Positions 30,468 to 38,768 of a stretch of 64,000 nucleotides of DNA are shown piece by piece. A model generated the notes under the pieces. The model ran no database searches. It was not told the DNA's origin and worked only from the letters and a program-made list of their open reading frames with translations. Position 1 is the first letter of the stretch; the number at the start of each line of letters is the position of its first letter. The DNA lies in assembly GCA_965232485.1 (NCBI GenBank), contig OZ246975.1, positions 739,196 to 803,195 on the forward strand. The letters are read 5' to 3'. Source of the stretch: Rhodothermales bacterium (GTDB lineage: Bacteria; Bacteroidota; Rhodothermia; Rhodothermales; VXPQ01). Both the position numbers and the translations under genes were made by a program.

Positions 30468-30505
30468 TTAAGCCTGTCCATTCACCGGCCCGACACGCTA
30501 CGCCC

Positions 30506-31474
30506 GTGCCGCCACGCTCTTCCGAAGACCTCTCTCGCGCTGCGCTTCCGTCCGGCGTAAAAACCCATGCGGGGCGTGCGGCGCAAACAGGCAACGACCG
30601 GACGCAACTTCTCCGTTCGTACCTCGAACTGGCGAAACCGGAAATCACGCTGCTCGTCGCGCTGTCGTCCGCGGGGGGATTTTTTATGGCTCCGACCCCG
30701 GCCATCGACCTTGGACGGCTGCTTTGGCTGCTGATTGGCGTAACGCTGGCGAGCGCGGGCGCAAGCGCCCTGAACCACTGGATCGAGCGGGAGCACGACG
30801 GCGCCATGCGCCGAACCATGCATCGTCCCCTGCCCTCCGGGAAGCTTGCTCCGTCGGCGGCGCTGTACTTCGGGGGCGGGCTGGTTGCGGCGGGCGTCGG
30901 GCTGTTGTGTCCGCTGGCGAATCCGCTGACCGGCGTGCTGGCGATGGCGACCGTATTGCTCTATCTGTTCGCCTACACTCCGCTCAAGCGTCGTTCCCGG
31001 TGGAATACGCTGGTGGGAACGCTGCCAGGGGCGCTGCCTGCGCTAGGCGGATGGACGGCGGCTACCGGATCGATCGGTTGGGGCGGCGTGGCGGCGTTTT
31101 CCATCCTCGCCGCATGGCAAATGCCGCATTTTCTCGCCCTGGCCTGGATGTACCGCAAGGATTACGAGCGAGGCGGATACGCCATGCTGACCGTGACGGA
31201 CCCGACCGGCCGCTCCACTGCGGGACAAATCCTTTTCTTTACCCTCTTGCTCGCGGCCCTGAGCCTCTGGCCCGTGGCCCTGTCGCTGGTTGGGTGGGGC
31301 TATGCTGCGGTCGCGGTCGCACTGAGCGGATGGCTCCTCCATGCGGCGTTCGCTTTCCACCGCAGCCGCGACGTCCGGGACGCCCGACGCGTCCTGCGCG
31401 TATCCATCTGGTACATTCCGGCGCTCGTGCTGGCCCTGCTTATCGACCGCGTGGCGCTGAGCGGCCTTTTTTAG
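30506..31474 (+). CDS. cyoE: protoheme IX farnesyltransferase (heme O synthase)
   Basis: GTG start. UbiA-superfamily motifs ALNHWIEREHDGAMRRTMHRPLPSG and a second D-rich loop (YRKDYERGGYAML). 322 aa. Confidence 0.9.
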   Translation: MPPRSSEDLSRAALPSGVKTHAGRAAQTGNDRTQLLRSYLELAKPEITLLVALSSAGGFFMAPTPAIDLGRLLWLLIGVTLASAGASALNHWIEREHDGAMRRTMHRPLPSGKLAPSAALYFGGGLVAAGVGLLCPLANPLTGVLAMATVLLYLFAYTPLKRRSRWNTLVGTLPGALPALGGWTAATGSIGWGGVAAFSILAAWQMPHFLALAWMYRKDYERGGYAMLTVTDPTGRSTAGQILFFTLLLAALSLWPVALSLVGWGYAAVAVALSGWLLHAAFAFHRSRDVRDARRVLRVSIWYIPALVLALLIDRVALSGLF

Positions 31475-31487
31475 GATACGCTGATCC
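31474..31487. repeat. solo terminal repeat of the IS/MITE family
   Basis: GGATACGCTGATCC begins on the last base of the cyoE stop codon TAG. Confidence 0.5.
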
Positions 31488-31492
31488 CCGGA

Positions 31493-32524
31493 TTGCTGTT
31501 CTTGCCGGCCCTTGCCGTGCGCACCGGTCCGATTTTCTTTTCCGCAAGCCTTTTCGTGTCGGCCCTTCCCGTCCATATTGAGCGTCTCACCCATCGCTAC
31601 GGGTCGCGGCGAGCGCTGGACAATGTCTCCTTGTCCGTGCCGCAGGGCGCGCTCTACGGCCTCCTCGGTCCGAACGGAAGCGGCAAAACCACGCTGTTCC
31701 GGATTCTTGCTACGCTGCTCCAACCGTCGGAAGGCGCAGTCCGCATCTTCGGACACGATCCCCGAACGCACCCCGACCAGGTGCGGCGACGCACCGGCGT
31801 CGTGTTTCAGGATGTGGCGCTGGACGAGGAATTGACCGTGCTGGAGAATCTGCGCACCCATGCCGCCCTGCATGGCCTGCGGCGAAGCGCATTCGAGGCG
31901 CGGCTTGCCCGGTTGCTGCCGCTGTTCGGGCTGGAAGAATCCCTCCGCGAACGCGCGGGACGGCTTTCCGGCGGGCAAAAACGCCGCGTCGATCTGGCGA
32001 GGGGCCTCTTGCATGCGCCGCCGCTCTTGCTGCTGGACGAACCCGCCGTCGGGCTGGACCCGGCGGCCCGACATGCGTTTCGGGAAGCCATCGACTGGTT
32101 GCGGCGCGAGGAAGGCGCCACCGTCGTGCTCGCCACGCACGCCATGGAAGAGGCCGACCGATGCGATCTGTTAACCATTCTGGACCGGGGCCGGATCGTA
32201 GCGCGCGGCGCGCCCGACGCGCTCAAGCAAGCCATCGGAGAGGAAACGCTGTGGATCGAATGCGACCATCCGCAGGACCTCGCCAAGCGCATTGCGAAGC
32301 AACTCGACGTGTCGGCGCAGGTCGTGGGGACGCGGGTGCAGATTGCGGGGCCCCATGCCCACGATTTGCTGGCTCCCGTCTACGAAACTGCCGGGGACGC
32401 CATCCGGTCCGTCACCGTCCGGCGTCCCACGCTGGAGGATGTATTCATGGTGCGCGCCGGACACGGGCTGAATGAAAATGGATTACAGGATAGACGTTCG
32501 AATAAATACCCGGACAAATACTGA
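31493..32524 (+). CDS. ABC transporter ATP-binding protein (ABC-2/DrrA-like)
   Basis: Walker A GPNGSGKTT, signature LSGGQKRR, Walker B LLLLDEP. The start is uncertain (TTG at 31493; the conserved domain begins near VHIERLTHRYG). Confidence 0.85.
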   Translation: MLFLPALAVRTGPIFFSASLFVSALPVHIERLTHRYGSRRALDNVSLSVPQGALYGLLGPNGSGKTTLFRILATLLQPSEGAVRIFGHDPRTHPDQVRRRTGVVFQDVALDEELTVLENLRTHAALHGLRRSAFEARLARLLPLFGLEESLRERAGRLSGGQKRRVDLARGLLHAPPLLLLDEPAVGLDPAARHAFREAIDWLRREEGATVVLATHAMEEADRCDLLTILDRGRIVARGAPDALKQAIGEETLWIECDHPQDLAKRIAKQLDVSAQVVGTRVQIAGPHAHDLLAPVYETAGDAIRSVTVRRPTLEDVFMVRAGHGLNENGLQDRRSNKYPDKY

Positions 32525-32588
32525 AGCCGCGCATTGCGGCGGGTCAGGCGAGGCGGGCGGGCCGCCGCGCGTCATTACGCCCCGGACT

Positions 32589-32913
32589 CGCAGCATGTCG
32601 CGCTTCACGCGTGAAATCGAAGCGCCAATCAAAGTGGACTTAAGGATGCTCTGATCAAGTCCACTTCGCTCAGCGCATCACGTTCGCACGTACGGAACAT
32701 CATGATTGCATCGTTGAAATCAATGGAAAACGCTACGGATTCGGGGCGTTGCGTACGTGACGCGCGCTTCGGGAGGCTGCGAGGCGCACGCTGGCTGTGT
32801 CATTCCTCATTATGTGGGGCCTGCCACATTGCTTCGTCATTCCTTGCCAGCGCACCCCTCGCAAATCTCTGAGCTTTGCGGACTTGATCAGAGCATCCTT
32901 AATCAGCGTATCC
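32589..32913. mobile_element. composite: full-length 255-bp TTAA-MITE (32644-32898) nested in the terminal repeat of an older copy
   Basis: ...ACGCGTGAAATCGAAGCGCCAATCAAAGTGGAC TTAA [GGATGCTCTGATCAAGTCC...GGACTTGATCAGAGCATCC] TTAA TCAGCGTATCC. The outer halves rejoin to a canonical terminus GGAC-TTAA-TCAGCGTATCC. Confidence 0.85.
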
Positions 32914-32921
32914 CATAGAAT

Positions 32922-33713
32922 ATGAATGCAAGTCCCAAACTGCATGCCGTGCCCGCGCTCTGGCGACGGGAACTGGTCAAATTCTTGCGGGACCGGAACC
33001 GGGTAGCCGGGGCCGTACTGCAACCGGTCGCCATCTGGTTGCTGCTGGGATTCGGATTTCGGGATTCCTTCCGTTTGCCGGACGCAACGGGCATGGACTT
33101 GCCCTACCTCGAATTTCTGTTTCCGGGGATGATGGCGATCGTAGCGCTTTTCACGGCCATCTTCTCGACCATTTCTATTGTGGAAGAGCGAGATAGCGGT
33201 TTCCTGCAGGCGGCGCTCGCCACCCCGGCGCGACGATGGTCCCTTGTGCTGGGTCCGGCGCTGGGCAGCGTCACGCTGGCCGTGGGACAAGGCGCCTTGT
33301 TTTTCCTGCTGATTCCCCTGACGGGCCATGCGCCGGGCTGGGTCGGCGTCACACTGATGGCCGGAATTCTGGCGGCGGTGGCCCTCGGATTCACCGGCCT
33401 GGGCGTCGTGATTGCCTGGCGGAGCCGGACTACGCGGGGCTTCCACGCCGTCATGAACCTCTGCCTGATTCCCCTGTGGGTGTTGTCGGGGGCGTTCTTT
33501 CCCGCCGAGGGCGCTCCAGGCGCGCTGCAATGGGCCATCCGGCTGAACCCGGTTTCGTACGGGGTGGATGCGCTGCGAACCGCCATGTACTGGCCGCAGG
33601 AACCGCCCATCGGGGTTTTTCCGTTCGCCCTTTCGCTGGCCGTAACCGGACTGTTCGCGGCGGCCATGTTCTTTTGGGCGGCGCGCTCGGCGGGCAGGCC
33701 TATTCGTCCGTAA
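32922..33713 (+). CDS. ABC-2 type transporter permease
   Basis: 263 aa, six TM segments. The N-terminus ...ALWRRELVKFLRDRNRVAGAVLQP is typical of ABC-2 permeases. Partner of the upstream ATPase. Confidence 0.85.
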   Translation: MNASPKLHAVPALWRRELVKFLRDRNRVAGAVLQPVAIWLLLGFGFRDSFRLPDATGMDLPYLEFLFPGMMAIVALFTAIFSTISIVEERDSGFLQAALATPARRWSLVLGPALGSVTLAVGQGALFFLLIPLTGHAPGWVGVTLMAGILAAVALGFTGLGVVIAWRSRTTRGFHAVMNLCLIPLWVLSGAFFPAEGAPGALQWAIRLNPVSYGVDALRTAMYWPQEPPIGVFPFALSLAVTGLFAAAMFFWAARSAGRPIRP

Positions 33714-34048
33714 AAAGCGGCCCGATCCGTAAGGCCGTGGACGCCGCCGACCTGTTTCTGGATTGCCCGGAGGATATTGCCGACCCGAAACGGAAGCGCA
33801 AGATCATAATTCTGTTGCAAGGACCTGCGGCCCGATAGTCGCTCGCCAACCACAAAATGCAATGCCCGCTTCCGGCGAGGCGCCAACCTATGCGATGCGG
33901 GCCGCGCTGTCCCGGAACCGCCGGCGGCGGAAACGGGCTTCGTCCTTTTCATCTTCGCCAACCCAACGACGATACCATGCGAAAAACCCCAAAACCGCCT
34001 CAAGAAGACATGTACGCATTAGCTCGTAGTAAATGGAAAAACGTCCGC

Positions 34049-34081
34049 CTTAATTTTTTAAGTGAAAATTTTTCGACTTAA
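34049..34081 (+). promoter_or_regulatory. AT-rich motif CTTAATTTTTTAAGT-N12-ACTTAA (copy A)
   Basis: Palindrome TTAAGT(34058-63)-N12-ACTTAA(34076-81) preceded by CTTAA-TTTT-TTAAG. Near-identical to 43521-43554. Unusual AT-rich island in GC-rich DNA. Confidence 0.4.
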
Positions 34082-34327
34082 CTTTTTTAACTTACGGGTG
34101 GTAAAGGGGTTTGACGACGGGGGTGCGGATCTATGTATTGTGCGGAAAAGCCAGGGCATACATGTCTGCCCCACGAATCGGGCGCACCAAGCGGCGATGT
34201 ATGTTGACGGCTCCGGAGCGCAGAGATGCGAGTTCTGCGATCAATGCAAACACGAAACGAAGCTGGCCCGGGCCGTAATCTGCGAGTAAGGCCGCCGCGC
34301 CTGCGCGCTCCCCGAAAACGGTTCCTG

Positions 34328-34354
34328 CTCCGCCCGGGTGCGGAGAAATTTTTT
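34328..34354 (+). terminator. intrinsic terminator-like hairpin
   Basis: CTCCGC-CCGGGT-GCGGAG followed by AAATTTTTT. The T-run follows only on the + strand. Lies between a 30-codon Cys-rich mini-ORF and the 34427 gene. Confidence 0.55.
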
Positions 34355-34426
34355 CGGACGAGAGGAACCCGAAATAAGGGGTCCCGTTGACAAAAAGCAC
34401 CGCGAGACAAAAGCAGTGAGGCGAAA

Positions 34427-34639
34427 ATGATTACCTGGGAAACGATTGTCGGAATCGCAACGTTTGGCGGATTTCTGTTCGGGTTTTACTGGCTCCTTCG
34501 GACGGAAATGCGGGAAATGTCCAGGCGCTTCGATCAAAAGTTCGACGCGGTCAACGTTAAATTCGACGCGGTCAACGCAAAACTGACCGATGTGTCCGAA
34601 CGCCTGGCCGTTGTCGAGGAGCGGACGCGGAACAATTAA
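34427..34639 (+). CDS. small N-terminally anchored coiled-coil protein, function unknown
   Basis: 70 aa. TM segment IVGIATFGGFLFGFYWLL, then a heptad-like region with an internal repeat (KFDAVNVKFDAVNAKL). GAGG 7 nt upstream of the ATG. Confidence 0.45.
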   Translation: MITWETIVGIATFGGFLFGFYWLLRTEMREMSRRFDQKFDAVNVKFDAVNAKLTDVSERLAVVEERTRNN

Positions 34640-34923
34640 TCCCCGCTCGGCAGGCCGCAATTCCCGACAAAACCCCGACCCCTTCTCTACTTCCTCTTGA
34701 GGATGGGCTCTTGCAGGCCGCCCTTTCGGTAATGTTACGAACTTGTAAAAAATTGTGACCCTTTGTGACGCAATTCTCCGCGAGCGGGCCTTGTGGCGCG
34801 GTAACGAAGCGACGGGAAAAGGGTGACGGGTAAACGCCGGGTTCAGCGCCGGAACACCGAAACCACCCCTGCTTGCCCACCAGATACGCCTGCACCCCCC
34901 GGAAACGGCGTCCCGCAACCGAC

Positions 34924-35280
34924 TCACTCCCTCGACTTCGCCGCAGAATTTCCCGCAGCGCCCTTCGTCCCCTCGCTGCTTGCAGCGGCTTTTTCCCCGG
35001 ACGAAGAAGATTCCCCGGCGGCGGCCTTGTCCCCATCCTTCGCGGCCCCCTCCTTGCTTTCGCCTTTTTCGTTGGCGTCCCGCTTCGCGCCGTCTCCATT
35101 GTTCCGCGCGTAGTCGGTCAGGTAAAAACCGCTTCCCTTGAAGATAAGTCCGGCGCTGCCGGTAATGATGCGTTCCACCTTCTGCCCGGTTTCAGGGCAT
35201 GCAGTCAGCGCGTCCGCAGTAATGCGCTGATCGATTTCGAAGGTCGAACCGTCTTCGCGCCGGTATACGTAGGTGGGCAT
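34924..35280 (-). CDS. FmdB-family (CxxC_CxxC_SSSS) regulatory-type protein with degenerate zinc ribbon and low-complexity tail
   Basis: MPTYVYRREDGSTFEIDQ...CPETGQKVERIITGSAGLIFKGSGFYLTDY matches the FmdB pattern MPxYEYxCxxCGxxFE...CPxCG...GSGFY, but only 1 of the 4 Cys is retained. K/E/G/A/S-rich C-terminus. Confidence 0.75.
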   Translation of the reverse strand: MPTYVYRREDGSTFEIDQRITADALTACPETGQKVERIITGSAGLIFKGSGFYLTDYARNNGDGAKRDANEKGESKEGAAKDGDKAAAGESSSSGEKAAASSEGTKGAAGNSAAKSRE

Positions 35281-35381
35281 GATTTGTCAGCGATCAGTCT
35301 GCCGGAAAAATGGTGTCGCCGCCGCGCGGCGCCCGAACAGACAGCCGCCGCCCCCGGAATGTTCCGAATCCGTCCGCCTCG

Positions 35382-38330
35382 CTACAGCGATCCGAACAAA
35401 CTGTCCGGGAGCGTAAACACGGGCGGCCCAAGGACGGAGCCGGACGCCTGATCGGCTACGCGCGGGCGAATTTCCCGAATCAGCCCGTTGTTGCGCGAAG
35501 GATAGACCCGGTTCGTGAGAAGAATGACGAACAGGTCCGTATCCGGATCGACCCAGAACGAGGTCCCGGTAAACCCGGTATGCCCGAAACTGGCGGGACC
35601 GAACTTGGCCCCGGCGGAAGAATAGCCCTCTGGACTCTTCGTATCCCATCCAAGCGCCCGCGTACTGATCTGCGGCTCCTGCACGGTCGTGAAGAGGCGA
35701 AGCGTTTCCGGGGAAATGAACGGCTCCCCGTTCGCGCGCCCGTCGTCCACAAGCATATGGGCGAATCGGGCCAGGTCCTCCACCGTGGAAAACAATCCGG
35801 CGTGACCGGATACGCCCCCGAGTATCCAGGCGTTTTCGTCATGCACTTCGCCCTGCACGAGACGCCGCCGGAAAATGCGGTCCCGTTCGGTAGGAACCGC
35901 ATCCCGATTCGGCGTGCCGGAAGGCATGAAGCCGGTATCGCGCATGCCCAGCGGCTCGAAAATATGCTCTTCGGCGTATTCGTCGAAGGGCTGCCCGGTA
36001 ATCCGCTCGATCACGAGCATGAGCGCAATCATGCTGAAATCGCTGTAGCGCATTGCCGTGCCCGGTTCGTACGCCAGCGATTCCGCCAGCACGGAGTCGA
36101 TGAGCGCTTCCCGCGCGATCGTGCCCGTGGCGTAAAACCGCCGAAACGGAATGAGTCCGGCCGTGTGGGTGAGCAGGTGCCGAACGGTTACGTTTTCCTT
36201 GCCGGATTGCCGGAACCGGGGAAGATAATCTGCAACCGGCGCATCGAGTTGCAATTTGCCCGCGTCGAAGAGCTGCATGGCGGCGGTGGCGGTGGCGATC
36301 ACCTTGGTGAGCGAGGCCAGATCGAACAGAGACGTCGTGGAGACGGGCCGCTCTTCGTTATAGGTAAAGTGGCCGTACGCTTCCATCTTGGCGATCACGC
36401 CGCCGCGCCCTACCGCAAGCGCCGCCCCCGGAAAAGCCGTGCTGTCGATGGCGTTCCGAATGAGTGTGTCCAGCCGGGCGATTACCGCCCCGTTCAGCCC
36501 CGCTTCGGCGGGATAACCGGTCCGAACGCCCTGCTGCGCCAGGTCCATCCCGTCGCCCAAAGCATACAAGCCCGGTATGCCGACGGGCAAGCGCCCGCCT
36601 ACGTCCGCATGGCCCGCCGCGGCGTCTGCGGCGGCAGTCTGGGACGCCTCCGACGCGCTGTACGCAACCAGATACGCGGCGGGCTGCGCCATATCCCGCG
36701 CGATATACGGATCGCCGAACGAAACGAGCGCTACCGGCGGACCGTACTCCACGAGGCGAGCGAGAAAAGCCTTCTGCATATCTTCCGGGACATTTTCCTG
36801 CCCCTCTTCCCCCGCGGCCGCTTCCCTGCGCGTACGGACGCGCAAAAACGCAGACGCGACGACAAACGGATAATCGGCGGCGGCCTCCTGCGCGGCCTCG
36901 TAGTCCTCCGGAGCAGACTGATCGTTCAGGCGCAGCGTATCCACCTCGGCGGCGGGCAGGTTCCGGAGCAAATCGGCGATAAAACGGCTGCCCGCAGCGG
37001 GACTGGTCCCGTCTGCAAGCGTAATGCACAGCAGGCGGGCGTTACGGGCAAGCGGAAGCATCTTCCCCGCGTTTCTGAGCAGCGTAAGCGACTCCCGGGC
37101 CATGCCAAGGCTGAGCGCCCTGTGTTCCGGCGTATCTAAATACAGACTGTCCGCCTCGTCCGCGACGTACCGGTTCGCGTGCAATCCGACCCAGGCTTTG
37201 GCCCGCAAAATACGCAGGACCGCCGCGTCTATGCGCTCTGCGGGAAGTTCGCCCGCCGCGATCGCCTGCAATACGGCTTCCCTCGCCGCCCAGGGATCTT
37301 CGGAAAGCAGCAGCATGTCCGCGCCCGCTTGCAGGGCGCGCACGGCAATCTCTTCCGTCGAAAAATGCTCCGTGACGCCCGCCATGTCCAGGGCGTCCGT
37401 CACGACCAGTCCATCGAAACCCAGTTCGCCGCGAAGCAGGCCCGTGGTGACCTGCGGCGAAAGACTGGCGGGAAGCGTGGAATCCGGTTCGATCAGGGGC
37501 AGGGCAAGGTGCGCGACCATGACGCTCATCACCCCCTCCTCCACCAGTTTCCGGAACGGAACCAGTTCCAGCGCGCGCAGCCGTTCGATCCCGAAAAGCA
37601 ACACGGGCAGCGCCGTATGCGAATCGACGGACGTATCCCCGTGTCCGGGAAAATGCTTGGCCGTAGCCAGCACGCCCGCCTCCTGCAATCCCGCCGCAAA
37701 CGCCGCCGCCATTTCGGCAACCCGTTCGGGCCGCTCGCCGAACGAACGGGTGTTGATGACCGGATTGTCGGGATTGTTGTTCACGTCGGCGACGGGCGCA
37801 AAGACATGCCGCGCGCCGAGCGCCCGCGCCTCCCGGCCGGTAACGTATCCGGCCATGCGCGCCCATTCGACGTCCCCGGCGGCGGCCATCGCCATGGCTC
37901 GCGGAAAGATCGTGCCCCCGTCCACGCGCATGCCCGCGCCCCATTCCATATCCTGGGCGATCAGCAGCGGCCATTTCGCCCGCCCTTGCAGATCGTTTAC
38001 GAGCGCGATCTGATCCGCCGGATTCCCCTGAAAAAAGGCGACGCCGCCCAACCCGAACTCCTCGACCAGCGCCGCGAGCGCCTGGTATGCGGGGCCGTCC
38101 GGATCGGTAGCCCGGCCATACGTCCGCACGGAAAAAAGCTGGGAGACCTTCTCTTCCAGCGTCATGACCTGGAGCTGCTCTTCGGCCCAGGCGGTCGTGC
38201 CGGGCCAGAGATCGTCCGCATCCGGAGGGCCGGGCGCAACGTCCGTCCGCGTCAGGATATACGCAATGATCGCCGCGACGAACACAAGCGCGGCGACAAG
38301 CAAAAAACGGGGATAGCGAAAGCGAGACAT
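35382..38330 (-). CDS. fusion protein: glycoside hydrolase family 3 (NagZ-like beta-N-acetylhexosaminidase) + class C beta-lactamase/PBP-like serine hydrolase
   Basis: 982 aa. N-terminal anchor, GH3 motif KHFPGHGDTSVDSH and two GH3 domains. C-terminal ...FDLASLTKVIATA (SxxK) and ...GHTGFTGTS. Confidence 0.9.
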   Translation of the reverse strand: MSRFRYPRFLLVAALVFVAAIIAYILTRTDVAPGPPDADDLWPGTTAWAEEQLQVMTLEEKVSQLFSVRTYGRATDPDGPAYQALAALVEEFGLGGVAFFQGNPADQIALVNDLQGRAKWPLLIAQDMEWGAGMRVDGGTIFPRAMAMAAAGDVEWARMAGYVTGREARALGARHVFAPVADVNNNPDNPVINTRSFGERPERVAEMAAAFAAGLQEAGVLATAKHFPGHGDTSVDSHTALPVLLFGIERLRALELVPFRKLVEEGVMSVMVAHLALPLIEPDSTLPASLSPQVTTGLLRGELGFDGLVVTDALDMAGVTEHFSTEEIAVRALQAGADMLLLSEDPWAAREAVLQAIAAGELPAERIDAAVLRILRAKAWVGLHANRYVADEADSLYLDTPEHRALSLGMARESLTLLRNAGKMLPLARNARLLCITLADGTSPAAGSRFIADLLRNLPAAEVDTLRLNDQSAPEDYEAAQEAAADYPFVVASAFLRVRTRREAAAGEEGQENVPEDMQKAFLARLVEYGPPVALVSFGDPYIARDMAQPAAYLVAYSASEASQTAAADAAAGHADVGGRLPVGIPGLYALGDGMDLAQQGVRTGYPAEAGLNGAVIARLDTLIRNAIDSTAFPGAALAVGRGGVIAKMEAYGHFTYNEERPVSTTSLFDLASLTKVIATATAAMQLFDAGKLQLDAPVADYLPRFRQSGKENVTVRHLLTHTAGLIPFRRFYATGTIAREALIDSVLAESLAYEPGTAMRYSDFSMIALMLVIERITGQPFDEYAEEHIFEPLGMRDTGFMPSGTPNRDAVPTERDRIFRRRLVQGEVHDENAWILGGVSGHAGLFSTVEDLARFAHMLVDDGRANGEPFISPETLRLFTTVQEPQISTRALGWDTKSPEGYSSAGAKFGPASFGHTGFTGTSFWVDPDTDLFVILLTNRVYPSRNNGLIREIRPRVADQASGSVLGPPVFTLPDSLFGSL

Positions 38331-38376
38331 GGCGAAACTCTCCTGCGGTTGGGGTGCGTATATCGCGCCCGCCCCG

Positions 38377-38631
38377 CTACCGACTCCGGGGCGGCTCGGG
38401 CAGATAATCCTCTTCGTTTTCCCAGACGATATGGCGCGCCATCCTTTCGGCGAGCAACCCGGCCAGCGTCACCGCGGCGATTTCGAAAAAGACGCCGAAG
38501 ACGAGGCGGCGCAATCCGCGGCGGGCGGCTTTCGGAAGCAACGAGAATGCGCCCGCCACGCCCAGAAAACCCAACAGGAAGGGCCACGGGCTATGTCCGG
38601 ATTGCGGAGCTTCTTCGGAGGGAACGGGCAT
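38377..38631 (-). CDS. small two-TM membrane protein, hypothetical
   Basis: Start at the ATG at 38631 (MPVPSEEAPQSGHSPWPFLLGFLGVAGAF...). Sits between the DUF4249 and GH3 genes on the same strand. Weak support. Confidence 0.35.
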   Translation of the reverse strand: MPVPSEEAPQSGHSPWPFLLGFLGVAGAFSLLPKAARRGLRRLVFGVFFEIAAVTLAGLLAERMARHIVWENEEDYLPEPPRSR

Positions 38632-38768
38632 GGAATCAAGGTTAAGGAATACAGGAAAACGCCTTGCCGACAAGGGTTGCTCTCGCCGGCGCGTTACGGC
38701 GTCTTTCAAGGGCGCATGAGCAAACTAACGCGCCGGCGCCGATTTCGCAACAAGCCGCGGCTGATCGC

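Noticed and set aside
33714-34003. Minus-strand translation ...NYDLALPFRVGNILRAIQKQVGGVHGLTDRAAFY faintly resembles a tyrosine-recombinase C-terminus (HDLRHTF...IQELLGH...Y), next to the AT-rich repeat
   Set aside because: The catalytic Arg and His are absent and the spacing is 5 residues short. Only ~90 codons are open, and the frame continues antisense into the ABC-2 permease. It is indistinguishable from chance in GC-rich DNA and is kept only as a weak note for the island hypothesis.
34094-34420. Possible tmRNA (ssrA): GGGGTTTGACGACGGGGGTG resembles the tmRNA 5' end GGGGxUGA...UUCGACGGGG, and the region has about the right length
   Set aside because: There is no tRNA-like 3' end (no GGGGG-TTCGA-CCCCC T arm and no AAACCCC-ACCA acceptor partner). 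There is no tag reading frame ending in hydrophobic ...ALAA. The 5' motif is several nt too short, and a related sequence recurs at 43560-43590. Probably coincidental.
35310-38645. 609-aa and 488-aa + strand ORFs (35310..37139, 37179..38645)
   Set aside because: They are antisense to the 982-aa GH3/beta-lactamase fusion, with an Arg-rich low-complexity translation. Shadow ORFs.
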